DNA of 64,000 nucleotides. It comes from Perna viridis (lineage: Eukaryota). Shown here one piece after another: positions 24,746 to 37,099 of the stretch (positions are counted from its first letter, which is position 1; each line of letters begins with the position of its first letter). The notes below the pieces were generated by a model. The model did not search any database. It was not told where the DNA came from and saw only the letters and a list, made by a program, of their open reading frames with translations. Where the stretch lies: the NCBI GenBank assembly GCA_037379345.1, contig CM074521.1:496001-560000 (forward strand), written 5' to 3'. The translations under genes and the position numbers were made by a program.

Positions 24746-25672
24746 GTCATGTCCACTGACGACGTCCTTTGGTTATTTAATGAGTCAAGGATAACTACTA
24801 TATCACGTAGATGATTAAAAATACTACATATGAAGCCTATAACATAAAGAAAATAATAACAGAAAATTTTAAATTCGTGGTAAGAATATTAAATCAGATT
24901 TCTTGGCTATTCAATACATTTGTATACTATAATTACATTTCGTATTTTGTAATTTCCATTTAAACTGTTTTTCTGACACAGCCATAGTTAGTGATATTGC
25001 ACGCTTGACGTTTTGATTACAAGTGATATTACTCGGCTGACGTCAGCTGTTTGAATTCACGATAAAAGTGTGTTACGTAGTACCCAAAATTATCAGAATG
25101 AATATCAATTGGTGAAATATATCTAGATATTTGCCTACTTTGCTCACCACAAACAACACACACAAAATGTGATTATACTTGACTCGACCAATTAAATTTA
25201 GTTATTTTTTTTTAAATCGTGATGAAGAGAAACTCACTCAGTAGACAAGTCCTAAAATTTCAACAGAGAAATGCAATAAAACAATTATGTCAGCTTATTG
25301 CATGCAATATTGTGTTCTATGAAACACTTAAAAGAGATATCGACCTCGACCATGGACCTTAGCCATTGTCTCTGTCAAGTGTTCTATAAAACATGATACC
25401 GCATGCACTGAGCTGCCATAATTATCGAACATTCAATACAATTTATCATTTTTTACAAACTATGACTCTCTTGGCCAGAAACAGAAATGTGAACTTGTCC
25501 TCTTTTAATTTAGACATCGTTCGATATTGGGGTATTATTTTAGTCATTGCCATAAGAAATCGATCAAATTTGGATTTATTATCAGTCATTGTCATTAACA
25601 TCGATTGACATTGTGGTATTATATCAGTCAACGTCATTAGACATTTTGGTATTATATCAGTCAACGTCATTA

Positions 25673-26305
25673 TAGTCGGCGTCACATAAATAACATACTG
25701 TTAAAATTTGAATAAAAATATTTTCCACGACTTTATTGACACCTACCGTCGTTTAAATTGTCTTAAATGACTTGCTCATTCGTTTAGCCAAACGGCTTCT
25801 CCCTAAACATTGAATCGTTAAATTCCGGTCAGATTTTAATTCTAGGTGGCAATATTTACATTGTAAAAAGTCGGCCATGTTTACAGTGATCGGGTTGCTA
25901 GGAGATGTTGTTTACGTTTAAATGGTTTGTCCAAAAACCGAAGAACCCAGAATGCAATTCGGCGTTATTTCGGATATCTCGGATTTATTTTACGCGAACA
26001 ACGTATAATACCGAGAAGTTGATCAAGCAGACGATTGTCACCGGAGTTCGACGGGAACTTACGCACTTCGTTTGTAAACAAATCGTCCCGTAAAAACCAA
26101 CATGGCGGATATTAGTATGGGATTTTCCCGTAAGGATTTGTTACGCATGATTTAAGCTAATAAGCGACTTGTTTTTGAGAAGCTGTTTGGCTAAACGAAT
26201 GAGCAAGTCATTTAAGACAATTTAAACGACGGTTGGTGTCAATAAAGTCGAAGAAAATATTTTTATTAAAATTTTAACAGTATGTTATTTATGTGACGCC
26301 GAGTA
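25673..26305 (+). mobile_element. MITE copy 1, 633 bp, ~135-bp TIRs, TA target-site duplication
   Basis: TIR ta(g/c)tcggcgtcacataaataacatactg... / ...cagtatgttatttatgtgacgccgagta; inserted at host cat-TA-gac (TA at 25671-72 and 26306-07). Strand is relative orientation only. Confidence 0.9.
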
Positions 26306-26937
26306 TAGACATTGTTCGATGTTGGGTTATGTTTCCATCACGTCATTAGACATTGTTCGATGTTAGGTTATGTTTTCAGTCATGTCATTAGACATTGTTC
26401 GATGTTGGGTTATGTTTCCGTCACGTCATTAGACATTGTTTGAAGTTGGGTTATATTTTCAGTTACGTCATTAGACATTGTTCGATGTTAGGTTATGTTT
26501 TCAGTCGCGTCATTAGACATTGTTCGATGTACCGATGTATGGTTATGTTTCCGTCATGTCATTAGACATTGTTCGATGGTAGGTTATGTTTTCAGTCACG
26601 TCATTAGATATTCTTCGATATTAGGTTATGTTTTCAGTCACGTCATTAGACATTGTTCGATGTTGGGTTATGTTTTCAGTCACCTCATTAGACATTATTC
26701 GATGTAGGATTATATTTCCGTCACGTCATTAGACATGATTGTTCGATGTTGGGTTATGTTTCCGTCACGTCATTAGACATTGTTTGATGTCATTTGACAT
26801 TCTTCGATATTAAGTTACGTTTTCAGTCACGTCATTAAACATTGTTCGATGTAAAGTTATGTTTTCAGTTACGTCAGTAGACATTGTTCAATGTCGGGTT
26901 ATGTTTCCGTCACGTCATTAGACATTGTTCGATATTA

Positions 26938-27571
26938 TACTCGACGTCACATAAATAACATACTGTTAAAATTTGAATAAAAATATTTTCTACGACTTTA
27001 TTGACACCTACCGTCGTTTAAATTGTCTTAAATGACTTGCTCGTTCGTTTAGCCAAACGGCTTCTCCCTAAACAAGTCGCTTCTTAGCTTAAATCATGCG
27101 TAACAAATCCTTACGGGAAAATCCCATACTAATATCCGCCGTGTTGGTTTCTACGGGACGATTTGTTTACAAACGAAGTTCGTAAGTTCCCGTCGAACTC
27201 CGGTGACAATCGTCTGCTTGATCAACTTCTCGGTATTGTACGTTGTTCGCGTAAAATAAATCCGAGATATCCGAAATAACGCCGAAATGCATTCTGGGTT
27301 CTTCGGTTTTTGGACAAACCATTTAAACGTAAACAACATCTCCTAGCAACCCGATCACTGTAAACATGGCCGACTTTTTACAATGTAAATATTGGCACCG
27401 AGAATTAAAATCTGACCGGAATTTAACGATTCAATGTTTAGGGAGAAGCCGTTTGGCTAAACGAATGAGCAAGTCATTTAAGACAATTTAAACGACAGTA
27501 GGTGTCAATAAAGTCGTAGAAAATATTTTTATTCAAATTTTAACAGTATGTTATTTATGTGACGCCGAGTA
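26938..27571 (-). mobile_element. MITE copy 2, 634 bp, opposite orientation, TA TSD
   Basis: Same TIRs; internal region is the reverse complement of copy 1 (ORFs 25905+ and 27151- are near-identical); inserted at host tat-TA-ggt (TA at 26936-37 and 27572-73). Confidence 0.9.
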
Positions 27572-28560
27572 TAGGTTATGTTTTCAGTCACGTCATTAGA
27601 CATTGTTCGATGTACCGATGTAAGGTTATGTTTCCGTCATGTCATTAGACATTGTTCGATGGTAGGGTATGTTTTCAGTCACGTCAGTATATATTCTTCG
27701 ATATTAGGTTATGTTTTCAGTCACGTCATTAGACATTGTTCGATGTTGGGTTATGTTTTCAGTCACGTCATTAGACATTCTTCGATATTAGGTTATATTT
27801 CCGTCACGTCATTAGACATTGTTCAATGTCATTTGACATTCTTCGCTATTAGGTTATGTTTCCGTCACGTCATTAGACATTGTTTGATGTTAGGTTAGGT
27901 GTTCAGTTACGTCAGTAGACATTGTTCAATGTTGGGTTATGTTTCTGTCACGTCATTAGACATTGTTCGATATTAGGTTATGTTTCCGTCCCGTCATTGG
28001 ACATTGTTCGATATTAGGTTATGTTTTCAGTCATCGTCTTTAGACATTGTCCGATATTAAGTTATGTTTTCAGTTACGTCATTAGACATTTTTCGATGTT
28101 GGGTTATGTTTCCGTCACGTCATTAGACATGATTGTTCGATGTTGGGTTATGATATCAGTCATCGTTCTATATTGGGTTATAATATCAGTTAAGTCATTA
28201 GACATAATTCGATACCGGGTATTATATCAGTTATCGTCATTAGATACCGTTCAATATCGGGATATTATATCAATAATCATAGGACATCGATCAATATTGA
28301 AATTTGATATCAGATATGTCATTAAACATTTCATCACTGTATATGTATTTTCAAATAAGCATGGTATTAAGTCTCGATCGATTCCTTCTACTCATGTCCT
28401 TGTGAAAGATAAATAAAGCGCTCCTAAGATGAACTTACCTGATACAACAATATTATATAAATGTTCAATGTAAAATTTGTAAGAATGGGGCAAAATTTGA
28501 AAAATCTTAAACACGTATTTTATGACAATGATAAATCATAATTTCACTATATAGACAAAG

Positions 28561-31500
28561 ATGGAGAGAATCGGCACTGCTCTGATCGGAGTTGGTCGTA
28601 TCGGACAGGTACATCTAAGAAATATGATCAATGGTCACAGCGTGAATATCTTCTGGCTTGTTGACAATACGGAAATTCATAAAAAAATTGAGGAGCTTGC
28701 AAAAACTTACAATTTGAAGGAAGCTCAATTATCAACTCCAGAAAATGTTGACCGAGTTCTATGCGACAAAAGGTATGTACGTGTATAAGGATACAGCAGT
28801 ATTGATTAAATTTCATGTACCTTCTTAATCCTAGATTTTGACTTTAGCGAAACCTTGATTTATTTTAAACTATTTATTACGTTTTCCACGTTGTTTTACT
28901 CTATGACTGAAAGTTAACACTAAAAACTTACTTTTACTGGATTTTTTTCCATGAACCTTGAACTCACCTTTCCTTTTTTAGATTAATTGATCCTTATTCA
29001 CTCTCTGTATATATGAACAAAGTTACGTGATTACGACTTCTTTCAGAGTTCAAGTCGTTGTTGTCTGTGTACCGACTATTTACCACAAAGAGTTCGTTAT
29101 AAAATCGTTACGGGCAGGTAAGTCATTTCTATGGACAATAAAGTCATCGTTACGGTCAAGTAAATCATTTTGACGAACAGCTTAGCTTTCCTTACGGACA
29201 GATTAGCTTTCGTTACTGACAGGTTAGTCATTCGCTACGTACAGTCATCGTTATGGACAGTCAAGCTTCCGTTACGCACATGTTTTCCTACGTTACACAC
29301 AAGAAAACTTGCAGTTCGCAGGGGCGGATTCACGTGCCCCCTAAAATTTGCAAAGCATGGGTTGTCAGGGGTAGATTAAGGCGGTTTTAGGTTGAAACTT
29401 TAATTTCTCGCTAATATTACCACAAAAGATATCTACATTGCATCCACTCTAGAAAACTATTAAAAAAATTTAACCTCAAAAAATATTTTGCCTCGCACCT
29501 CTCGACGAAATTTTAATTGCGCCCCCCACCCCCCAATCTAAAATCCTGGATCTGCCCCTGGTACGTACAGGTAAATGTGCATTTGTAATATATTGTAGGC
29601 AAACTATATGTCACTGGGGTAAAGGTCATTGTGGGCATCTCAAGATCGCGGAGGAAAATTTGGATAAGAATGTTTTTATAAAGTTGTTCTCTCAAGATGT
29701 TGAACAAAATAAATATCATAAATGGATCGTAATTCATTTGATGCGGGAAACGTAAGTGCATAATATATGATTAATGAGAAATCACATGGTAAAAATATCG
29801 GGGAGCTGACTGTAACGAAGAATAGTCTTTTCCAAAGGATGAAGTAACATGCAACAAGAGATGCCTGTAACATACAGAAACAAAACCAAATATTTCGTGA
29901 TGAGAGTTCAAAGGTGTCAGGAGCAGTCAATTTACCCTCTACTTAAGAAACTATGGTATTTTTATTGAAAAATCTGAAGTCTTATGTCTTTACAGAGACG
30001 ATAGCTTTATGTATACATTTTCACACGTTGACAGTTCCTTTCGTTACAATTTATCATAAACATATTTACTGGTTCCCTGTCTTGTACTATACGCTGGTTG
30101 CTGCAGAGGTTTAGATCACATGTTTCTCAGAGTTGCATAGATTGTTTACTTGTTTTGCTTTGGAGTTTCTTAGTAATCATATGCTTTCCGCTTCAAATTC
30201 CTAGGAAGAATCATCAGCTATTTATATTAATTTTGTTTAATATCTTGAATTAACCACTTTATGAAAGATGAAATATAACATTTGTACCTGAAAAAGGCCG
30301 CCATCTTAAGACGACCTTAACGGCCGATAAGGCCAACAGCTTTTCTCCAATCAATGAATATTATTAGTAATTAAGTCTGTCGTAAATGAACAACAGCTCC
30401 TATTACCGTTATGTAGCGGAAGCATTGAGATTTATTTAGCAACGGTGTAGAAATTTAAAGAAAGTTAGAAAGTCGGATTACAACGATATAAAATTGTAAT
30501 TTGATTGCAATCATCATAATTAATTTGAGTTTAGAGACAATACAATGGTCTGTTGTTATAACTCCTACATATCAAAACCAGTTTTACCAAGAAAATATGC
30601 TATGCATGCTCTTTATTATAGCTATAGCTTTTTTGTCTTAACATCTAGGTAAGCATGTTTTCTGTGAGAAACCGTTGTGTGAGAATACAGCTGATGTTCG
30701 TGAGTGTTATGAAGAAGCCAGACTTCAATCAAGAGTCTTAATGTGTGCCTTAAATAGGTTAGTGAATAAACAACGCATCATTCCTGTTCTTTTCTCGAAA
30801 AGAGTACAGTTTTTGCTCTTTCAGACCAGTTATGTAGAAGATTGTGAAATTGCGGACCAACTGATTGCACACTCGTTTTTATTGGGTTTCTTTATTCTGT
30901 AAAACTGATCTTTGAAGACCGTGTGAGTTACCCGTAGAATTAGTTTAATTGTTTATTAGTTGACTTTTGGTGGGTGACTGTCTCATTGGCAGTCATACCA
31001 CATCTCCTATTTTTATATTACATGTATATATATATTTTTTAAATTCCTTTGTGGAGTGTTCTTCGTCTATTATCCGATGTTCTCGGTTCGATTTTTTTTT
31101 CACGGGTTTCCACTTGATTGAAATGTCGGTACGTCACAGACGTGACTTCTTATGAGCAGCTCGACGGGTGTTTCTAGAAAAGCAGAGGACGCTTATACTC
31201 TACCAGTGCACCTGGTCCATGTTCCAAAAACCAAAAACAAATAAACAAACAAACAAACAATAATAATACAGTACATGCATTTCTTTTAATAAATTGTTGC
31301 TGTTTTCTAAAGGTATACAGAATGACAACGGATAAGAATAAGTATATCGTATAAATTTTTGTGATTTGAAAACTTATTTTCAGACGTTTCGATAAACAAT
31401 TTTTGAAAGTGTTTGACTTAATACGAGGCGGAAAACTAGGGCGTTTAAGAACCGTCAAAATGGAAAGCAGAGATAACCAGATGAACGTGGAATATTATGA

Positions 31501-34500
31501 AAAAAACAAAGGTATTGAAATGAAGGAAATAAAAATATTCATCCAAGTTACGGCCAGCGCTGTGACATCTATGGCAACACCGCCTGCACAAAGGAGGAGG
31601 AATGACCCGGCCAGCGAAAGCTATATTTTTATATAGCCTAGCTGACCGAGTGGTCTAGGGCGCTGGACTTTGTGCAGGCGGTGTTGCCATAGATGTCACA
31701 GCGGCACGAGTTCGAGTCCCGCGGAGGGAACGACCCAAAATTTGCATTGCAAATTTGACAGTTCTAACATCGTTGGGAATTTTTCAGACCTTTCTATACG
31801 TTTACATATTCTCCCTCTATCAATTTGATCCGATGGAGCAGTGTAGTGAATAGAGTCGTCACATTCTGAGACGTTATATATGAGACGAATATATACTAAA
31901 TAATTAATAAAACTCGAGCATATTTTGGTTTTAAAACAAATTTGTTATATTTTTACGGAAGCCCTTTAGGGCCTTGCAATTTATTTTATTAATTCGTTAT
32001 ATAACAAGTTAATAATGTGATATAACAGATAATGAATTCGATATAACAGACAATTAATTCGATATAACAAGTTAATAATTCGATATAACAAGATAATAAT
32101 TCGATATAACAGATAACTAATTCTATATAACAAGTTAATATTTAATATAACAGATAACTAATTCGATATAACAAGATAATAATTCGATATAATGGATAAC
32201 TAATTCCATATAACAAGTTAATATTTAATATAACAGATAACTTATTCGATATAACAAGTAAATAATTTGATATAACAGATAACTAGTTCGATATAACAAG
32301 TTAATAATTCGATATAACAGATAACTAATTCGATATAACAGATAACTAATTCGATATAACAAGTTAATATTTAATATAACAGATAACTAATTCGATATAA
32401 CAAGTTAATAATTTGATATAACAGATAACTAATTCCATATAACAAGTTAATATTTAATATAACAGATAACTAATTCGATATAACAAGATAATAATTCGAT
32501 ATAACGGATAACTAATTCCATATAACAAGTTAATATTTAATATAACAGATAACTAATTCGATATAACAAGTAAATAATTTGATATAACAGATAACTAGTT
32601 CGATATAACAAGTTAATAATTCGATATAACAGATAACTAATTCGATATAACAGATAACTAATTCGATATAACAAGTTAATATTTAATATAACAGATAACT
32701 AATTCGATATAACAAGTTAATAATTCGATATAACAGATAACTAATTCCATATAACAAGTTAATATTTAATATAACAGATAACTAATTCGATATAACACGT
32801 TAATAATTTGATATAACAGATAACTAATTCGATATAACAGATAACTAATTCGATATAACAAGTTAATAATTTAATATAATAGATAACTAATTCGATATAA
32901 CAAGTTAATATTTAATATAACAGATAACTAATTCGATATAACAGATAACTAATTTGATACAAGAAGTTAATAATTTAATATAACAGATAACTAATTCAAT
33001 ATAAAAAGTTAATAATTTGATATAACAAGATAATACTTCGATATAACAGATAACTAATTCCATATAACAAGTTAATATTTAATATAACAGATAACTAATT
33101 CGATATAACAAGTTAATAATTTGATATAACAGATAACTAAATCGATATAACGAGTTAATCATTCGATATAACAAGTTAATAATTCGATATAACAAGTTAA
33201 TAATTCGATATAACAGATACTTAATTCCATATAACAAGTTAATATTTAATATAACAGATAACTAATTCGATATAACAAGTTAATAATTTGATATAACAGA
33301 TAACTAATTCGATATAACAAGTTAATATTTAATATAACAGATAACTAATTCGATATAACAAGTTAATAATTCGATATAACAGATAACTAATTCCATATAA
33401 CAAGTTAATATTTAATATAACAGATAACTAATTCGATATAACAAGTTAATAATTTGATATAACAGATAACTAATTCGATATAACAGATAACTAATTCGAT
33501 ATAACAAGTTAATAATTTAATATAATAGATAACTAATTCGATATAACAAGTTAATATTTAATATAACAGATAACTAATTCGATATAACAGATAACTAATT
33601 TGATACAAGAAGTTAATAATTTAATATAACAGATAACTAATTCAATATAAAAAGTTAATAATTTGATATAACAAGATAATACTTCGATATAACAGATAAC
33701 TAATTCCATATAACAAGTTAATATTTAATATAACAGATAACTAATTCGATATAACAAGTTAATAATTTGATATAACAGATAACTAAATCGATATAACGAG
33801 TTAATCATTCGATATAACAAGTTAATAATTCGATATAACAAGTTAATAATTCGATATAACAGATACTTAATTCCATATAACAAGTTAATATTTAATATAA
33901 CAGATAACTAATTCGATATAACAAGTTAATAATTTGATATAACAGATAACTAATTCGATATAACAGATAACTAATTCGATATAACAAGTTAATAAGTTAA
34001 TATAATAGATAACTAATTCGATATAACAAGTTAATATTTAATATAACAGATAACTAATTCGATATAACAGATAACAAATTCGATATAACAGATAACTAAT
34101 TCGATATAACAGATAACTAATTTGATACAAGAAGTTAATAATTTAATATAACAGATAACTAATTCCATATAAAAAGTTAATAATTCGATATAACAGATAA
34201 CTAATTCTATATAACAAGTTCATAATTTGATATATCAGATAACTCATTCGATATAACAGATAACTAATTCGATGTAAAAAGTTAATAATTCGATATAAAA
34301 AGTTAATAATTTGATATATCAGATTACTAACTCGATGGCCAAAATTTTAACGCTATATTACTAAATAACTACTCAAAGATCATGTTGTAAGAATTAAATG
34401 TGAATTGTTCAAGAAAAAAACCTGCTACATCCAGCGATCATATGGGGGGTATGGTGGTATTCATCTTTTGGGACAATGTAACAGTCTTTTTTTGTTGTTT

Positions 34501-37099
34501 TTAATTTAATTCATACAACATGACCTTTAAGTACTTATTTAATAATGTGGCGTTAAAAAATGGCCACCACACATCTACAGTGTCGGTAGTAGAATACAGT
34601 TTCCAACAGAATTCGTCCTTGTGGTTATAAAAGCGACACAACGTTTGTCGTCTGTCCTTATATAATGATTAATTTGTAAAATCAAATTAATAATTCGTTA
34701 TATCATATATTTAGATTAAAATATAACTTGTTTGTGTATGCATTATAAGTGTGTTTAAACCCTATATCGGATACCCTATATCACACCTCTTGACCTATAT
34801 CGTCTACCCTATATCACACCTCTTGACCTATATCGTCTATCCTATATTACACCTCTTGACCTATATCGTCTACCCTATATCACACCTCTTGACCTATATC
34901 GGATACTCTATATCACACCCCTAGTCCTATATATCGTCTACCCTATATCACACCACGAGACCTATTTATCGGATACCCTATATCACACCTCTTGACCTAT
35001 ATCGGATGCCCTATACCACACCCCTTGACCTATATATCGGATACCCTATATCACACCCCTTCACAGACCATACATACAGTTTGTTTAAATCTAATGATGA
35101 TCAACATATGAAGCTTTTGTTTGCTTAAGAATTGCTTTCTATAGTTAAAATATATGATACAATGAACATGACATGTTAAAATCTGTATTACATGCTGTAT
35201 CAACCCTCGACCAATATCAAACCGCAGGCTTGTGGCCCTTTGATGATAAAGAAGTCTCAGGTTGATACAGCATGTGATGCAGATTTTGACATGTAATATT
35301 CAGTATATATCAAATTAGTTATTTGTTATATCAAATTACTAACTTATCAAATCAGTCAAGTTAATCGAATAGTAATTAGTAGATATATAAATGCCATAGC
35401 CCTAGTTGCTCATTTATTTTTGTTGTTTTGGACGCATTATTTTCGTAATATTTATTCTTTGTTGAATGTGTTTGTTTTCCATGTCTGGTCTTTGTCCCTG
35501 GATTACATTCTTTTGATTTCCGCTGGAATATTGGTTCCCTAGATTACCTTAAAAGGCTTCCGTATATTTTGTTATTTTCTCGTTATTAATCTGTAATAGA
35601 GTGATGCCAATGTGGAGGTTTTGATTATTGACTATAAGACCGGTGAATTTCCCGAGCTTTTTTACGACATATGTATCATATGACTTGTATTGATGGTTGA
35701 ATCATGTACAGAAGAAATGTATTAATGTCAAAAAGTAAACGTTTTCTACTAGGTATAATTTCAGTGTAGCTCATTTTCCAACAACTCATGTGAATTTAAT
35801 TCTATATTAGGTGGTATATTTATTGACATGGGTATACACGATATTGACTACATTTGTTGGTTGGTCGGTGAAGAACCAGATTACTGCACTGCAATCGGTT
35901 CCCGAACATCTGATCTAGCTGAAGGGTACCAGTCATATGGGGAATATGATACAGCGATGGGAGTCATCAAATTCAAGAACGGCGTTTTGGTCAATATTGA
36001 CCTTTGTCGGGTCACGTGTGGTGGTTACCAACAGTCAGTCAGAGTAAGTCATATTGTCATTCTTGCTTGACGTCCTTTTTCTATATATGGTTTAGTTACC
36101 CTATATACCGTCCAAACATCTACATCCCACTCTAAACACTGTAGAAATAACGGATTATGACGCCGTGTCTGAATGAATTTGGTAGATATTCATATTGCAT
36201 TATCAGGTTGAATAAGGAACGTAGATATTTTAACGCAGTTCTACCTCCGTAGATTAAATGTTCGTTTATTATTTTATCTTGTCCCGGGGATTTACATCAC
36301 GTTAATTTTTGAAGTACAAATGTAATTGTATGCACATACATGTATATTGTTTTTGGTTTTTTTAATTCTTTTGATAAAGTAGTACAATTAGATTCTAGGC
36401 ACTAAACAGATAGCAGAAATAACCAACATACGGGAATCTTCCCTACAAATAACAGATAATGAAGGCACACATCAATCGCCATTCTACCTTGTCGATGGAT
36501 TCCTTGATCGTTATTTAGAATCTTTCGAGGAGGAAATGTCTCATTTTCTTCATGTTGTCAGAGGTGAGGATATATACAATAGCTAATGGTTAGAATACAT
36601 GTGTATACAATAAAATTGCAGTTGAGTAAGTTCCGATGTTGAATTTTTATCAAGGTTAAAATTTTTTTACCATGGTAGATCTAGAAAATATAGATTAGCC
36701 GTACTGAACAGCAAGAGGCCCATTTTTTTATTTTTACATTTGTGATTATTTTCTGGAAAGGAGAGTATGGCCTCTTTTCTCCCTTTAGAATATGCCGTGT
36801 GCATATGGTGGGCGATCCGTACAAGAGATTTATAATTTGGTACATTTTAATGATTGTATAAAAGTACATGTATCACGCTTGTCAAATTGGTATATACGTA
36901 TCGTATCTGTCTACAGTTGCTTGGTTTCTATTACATGAGTGTCTCTCCTTTTAATATTTTACTTTGCTTTTTTGTAGGAAAAGGTGAATGTATGATATCA
37001 AGTGACAGTGTGGTTAATGCGACCAGGCTAGCTCACATGCTGACAAAAGCTTTGCACACTGGAGAGAAAGTTTTTTGGGACGAAAACTTGGCAAATTAA
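28561..37099 (+). CDS. Gfo/Idh/MocA-family NAD(P)-dependent oxidoreductase, myo-inositol 2-dehydrogenase-like, 348 aa. Exons: 28561-28772, 29047-29117, 30649-30757, 31384-31511, 35811-36043, 36392-36563, 36978-37099
   Basis: Six GT-AG introns with matching phases; 1047 nt from ATG to TAA. Motifs: Rossmann LIGVGRIG, GKHVFCEKP, ALNRRFD, ESRD, GGIFIDMGIHDID, FLDRYLESFEEEMSHF. Substrate is inferred from family motifs only. Confidence 0.92.
29105..29280. repeat. Degenerate ~21-22-bp tandem repeat overlapping the exon 2 end and donor of the oxidoreductase gene
   Basis: tcgttacgggcaggtaagtca recurs in degenerate form about eight times (e.g. tcgttacggtcaagtaaatca, tcgttactgacaggttagtca). Confidence 0.7.
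29319..29560. mobile_element. Small TIR element remnant (CAGGGGCGGAT...ATCTGCCCCTG)
   Basis: Short imperfect TIRs; related single ends near 20739, 9724 and 23650. TSD not evident. Confidence 0.5.
31110..31225 (+). mobile_element. Penelope-like family 3' UTR fragment
   Basis: atgagcagctcgacgggtgtttctagaaaagcagaggacgcttatactctaccagtgcacctggtccatg. Confidence 0.75.
31551..31795 (+). mobile_element. tRNA(Leu-like)-derived SINE-like element with a leader and a 36-bp 5' inverted duplication
   Basis: A-box TGACCGAGTGG, then TCTAGGGCGCTGGACT and B-box GTTCGAGTCC; body shared with 50281-50440 and 55078-55277; 31558-31593 is the exact reverse complement of 31668-31703. Confidence 0.85.
31990..34337. 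repeat. ~21-bp satellite array (~110 units) with higher-order structure
   Basis: Two unit types, taattcgatataacaagttaa and taattcgatataacagataac, with long re-duplicated blocks (gatacaagaag variant at about 32956, 33602 and 34124). Confidence 0.95.
34760..35065. repeat. Minisatellite, ~33-35-bp unit x9
   Basis: cctatatcg(tct/gat)accctatatcacacctcttga. Confidence 0.9.
35171..35294. mobile_element. Small hairpin MITE-like element, ~35-bp imperfect TIRs
   Basis: acatgttaaaatctgtattacatgctgtatcaacc ... ggttgatacagcatgtgatgcagattttgacatgt. Confidence 0.65.
35405..35547 (+). mobile_element. Penelope-like family extreme 3' fragment
   Basis: gttgctcattt...gttttccatgtctggtctttgtccctggattacattcttttgatttccgct...ttggttccctagattac. 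Confidence 0.75.

Larger units (their letters stand above)
25510..28330. repeat. 41-42-bp minisatellite array with degenerate edges, interrupted by two MITEs
   Basis: Unit ttcagtcacgtcattagacattgttcgatgttgggttatgtt; explains ORFs at 26495, 27578 and 28021. Confidence 0.9.
31954..35564. mobile_element. 3.6-kb non-autonomous TIR element with a 6-bp TSD (IS3EU-like termini) carrying a satellite array, in oxidoreductase intron 4
   Basis: Left tacggaagccctttagg; right ccttaaaaggcttccgta; flanking direct repeat tatttt at 31948-31953 and 35565-35570. Superfamily assignment is inferred from TAY..RTA ends plus the 6-bp TSD. Confidence 0.75.

Noticed and set aside
31594-31645. Hammerhead ribozyme in the SINE leader (CGAAA followed by a GCTATA/TATAGC stem)
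   Set aside because: No CTGANGA core, no proper stem II or NUH site; the second copy has CGAAT.
31636-31730. Functional tRNA gene
   Set aside because: A and B boxes are present, but the acceptor and anticodon stems do not pair properly, and three dispersed copies share a non-tRNA tail.
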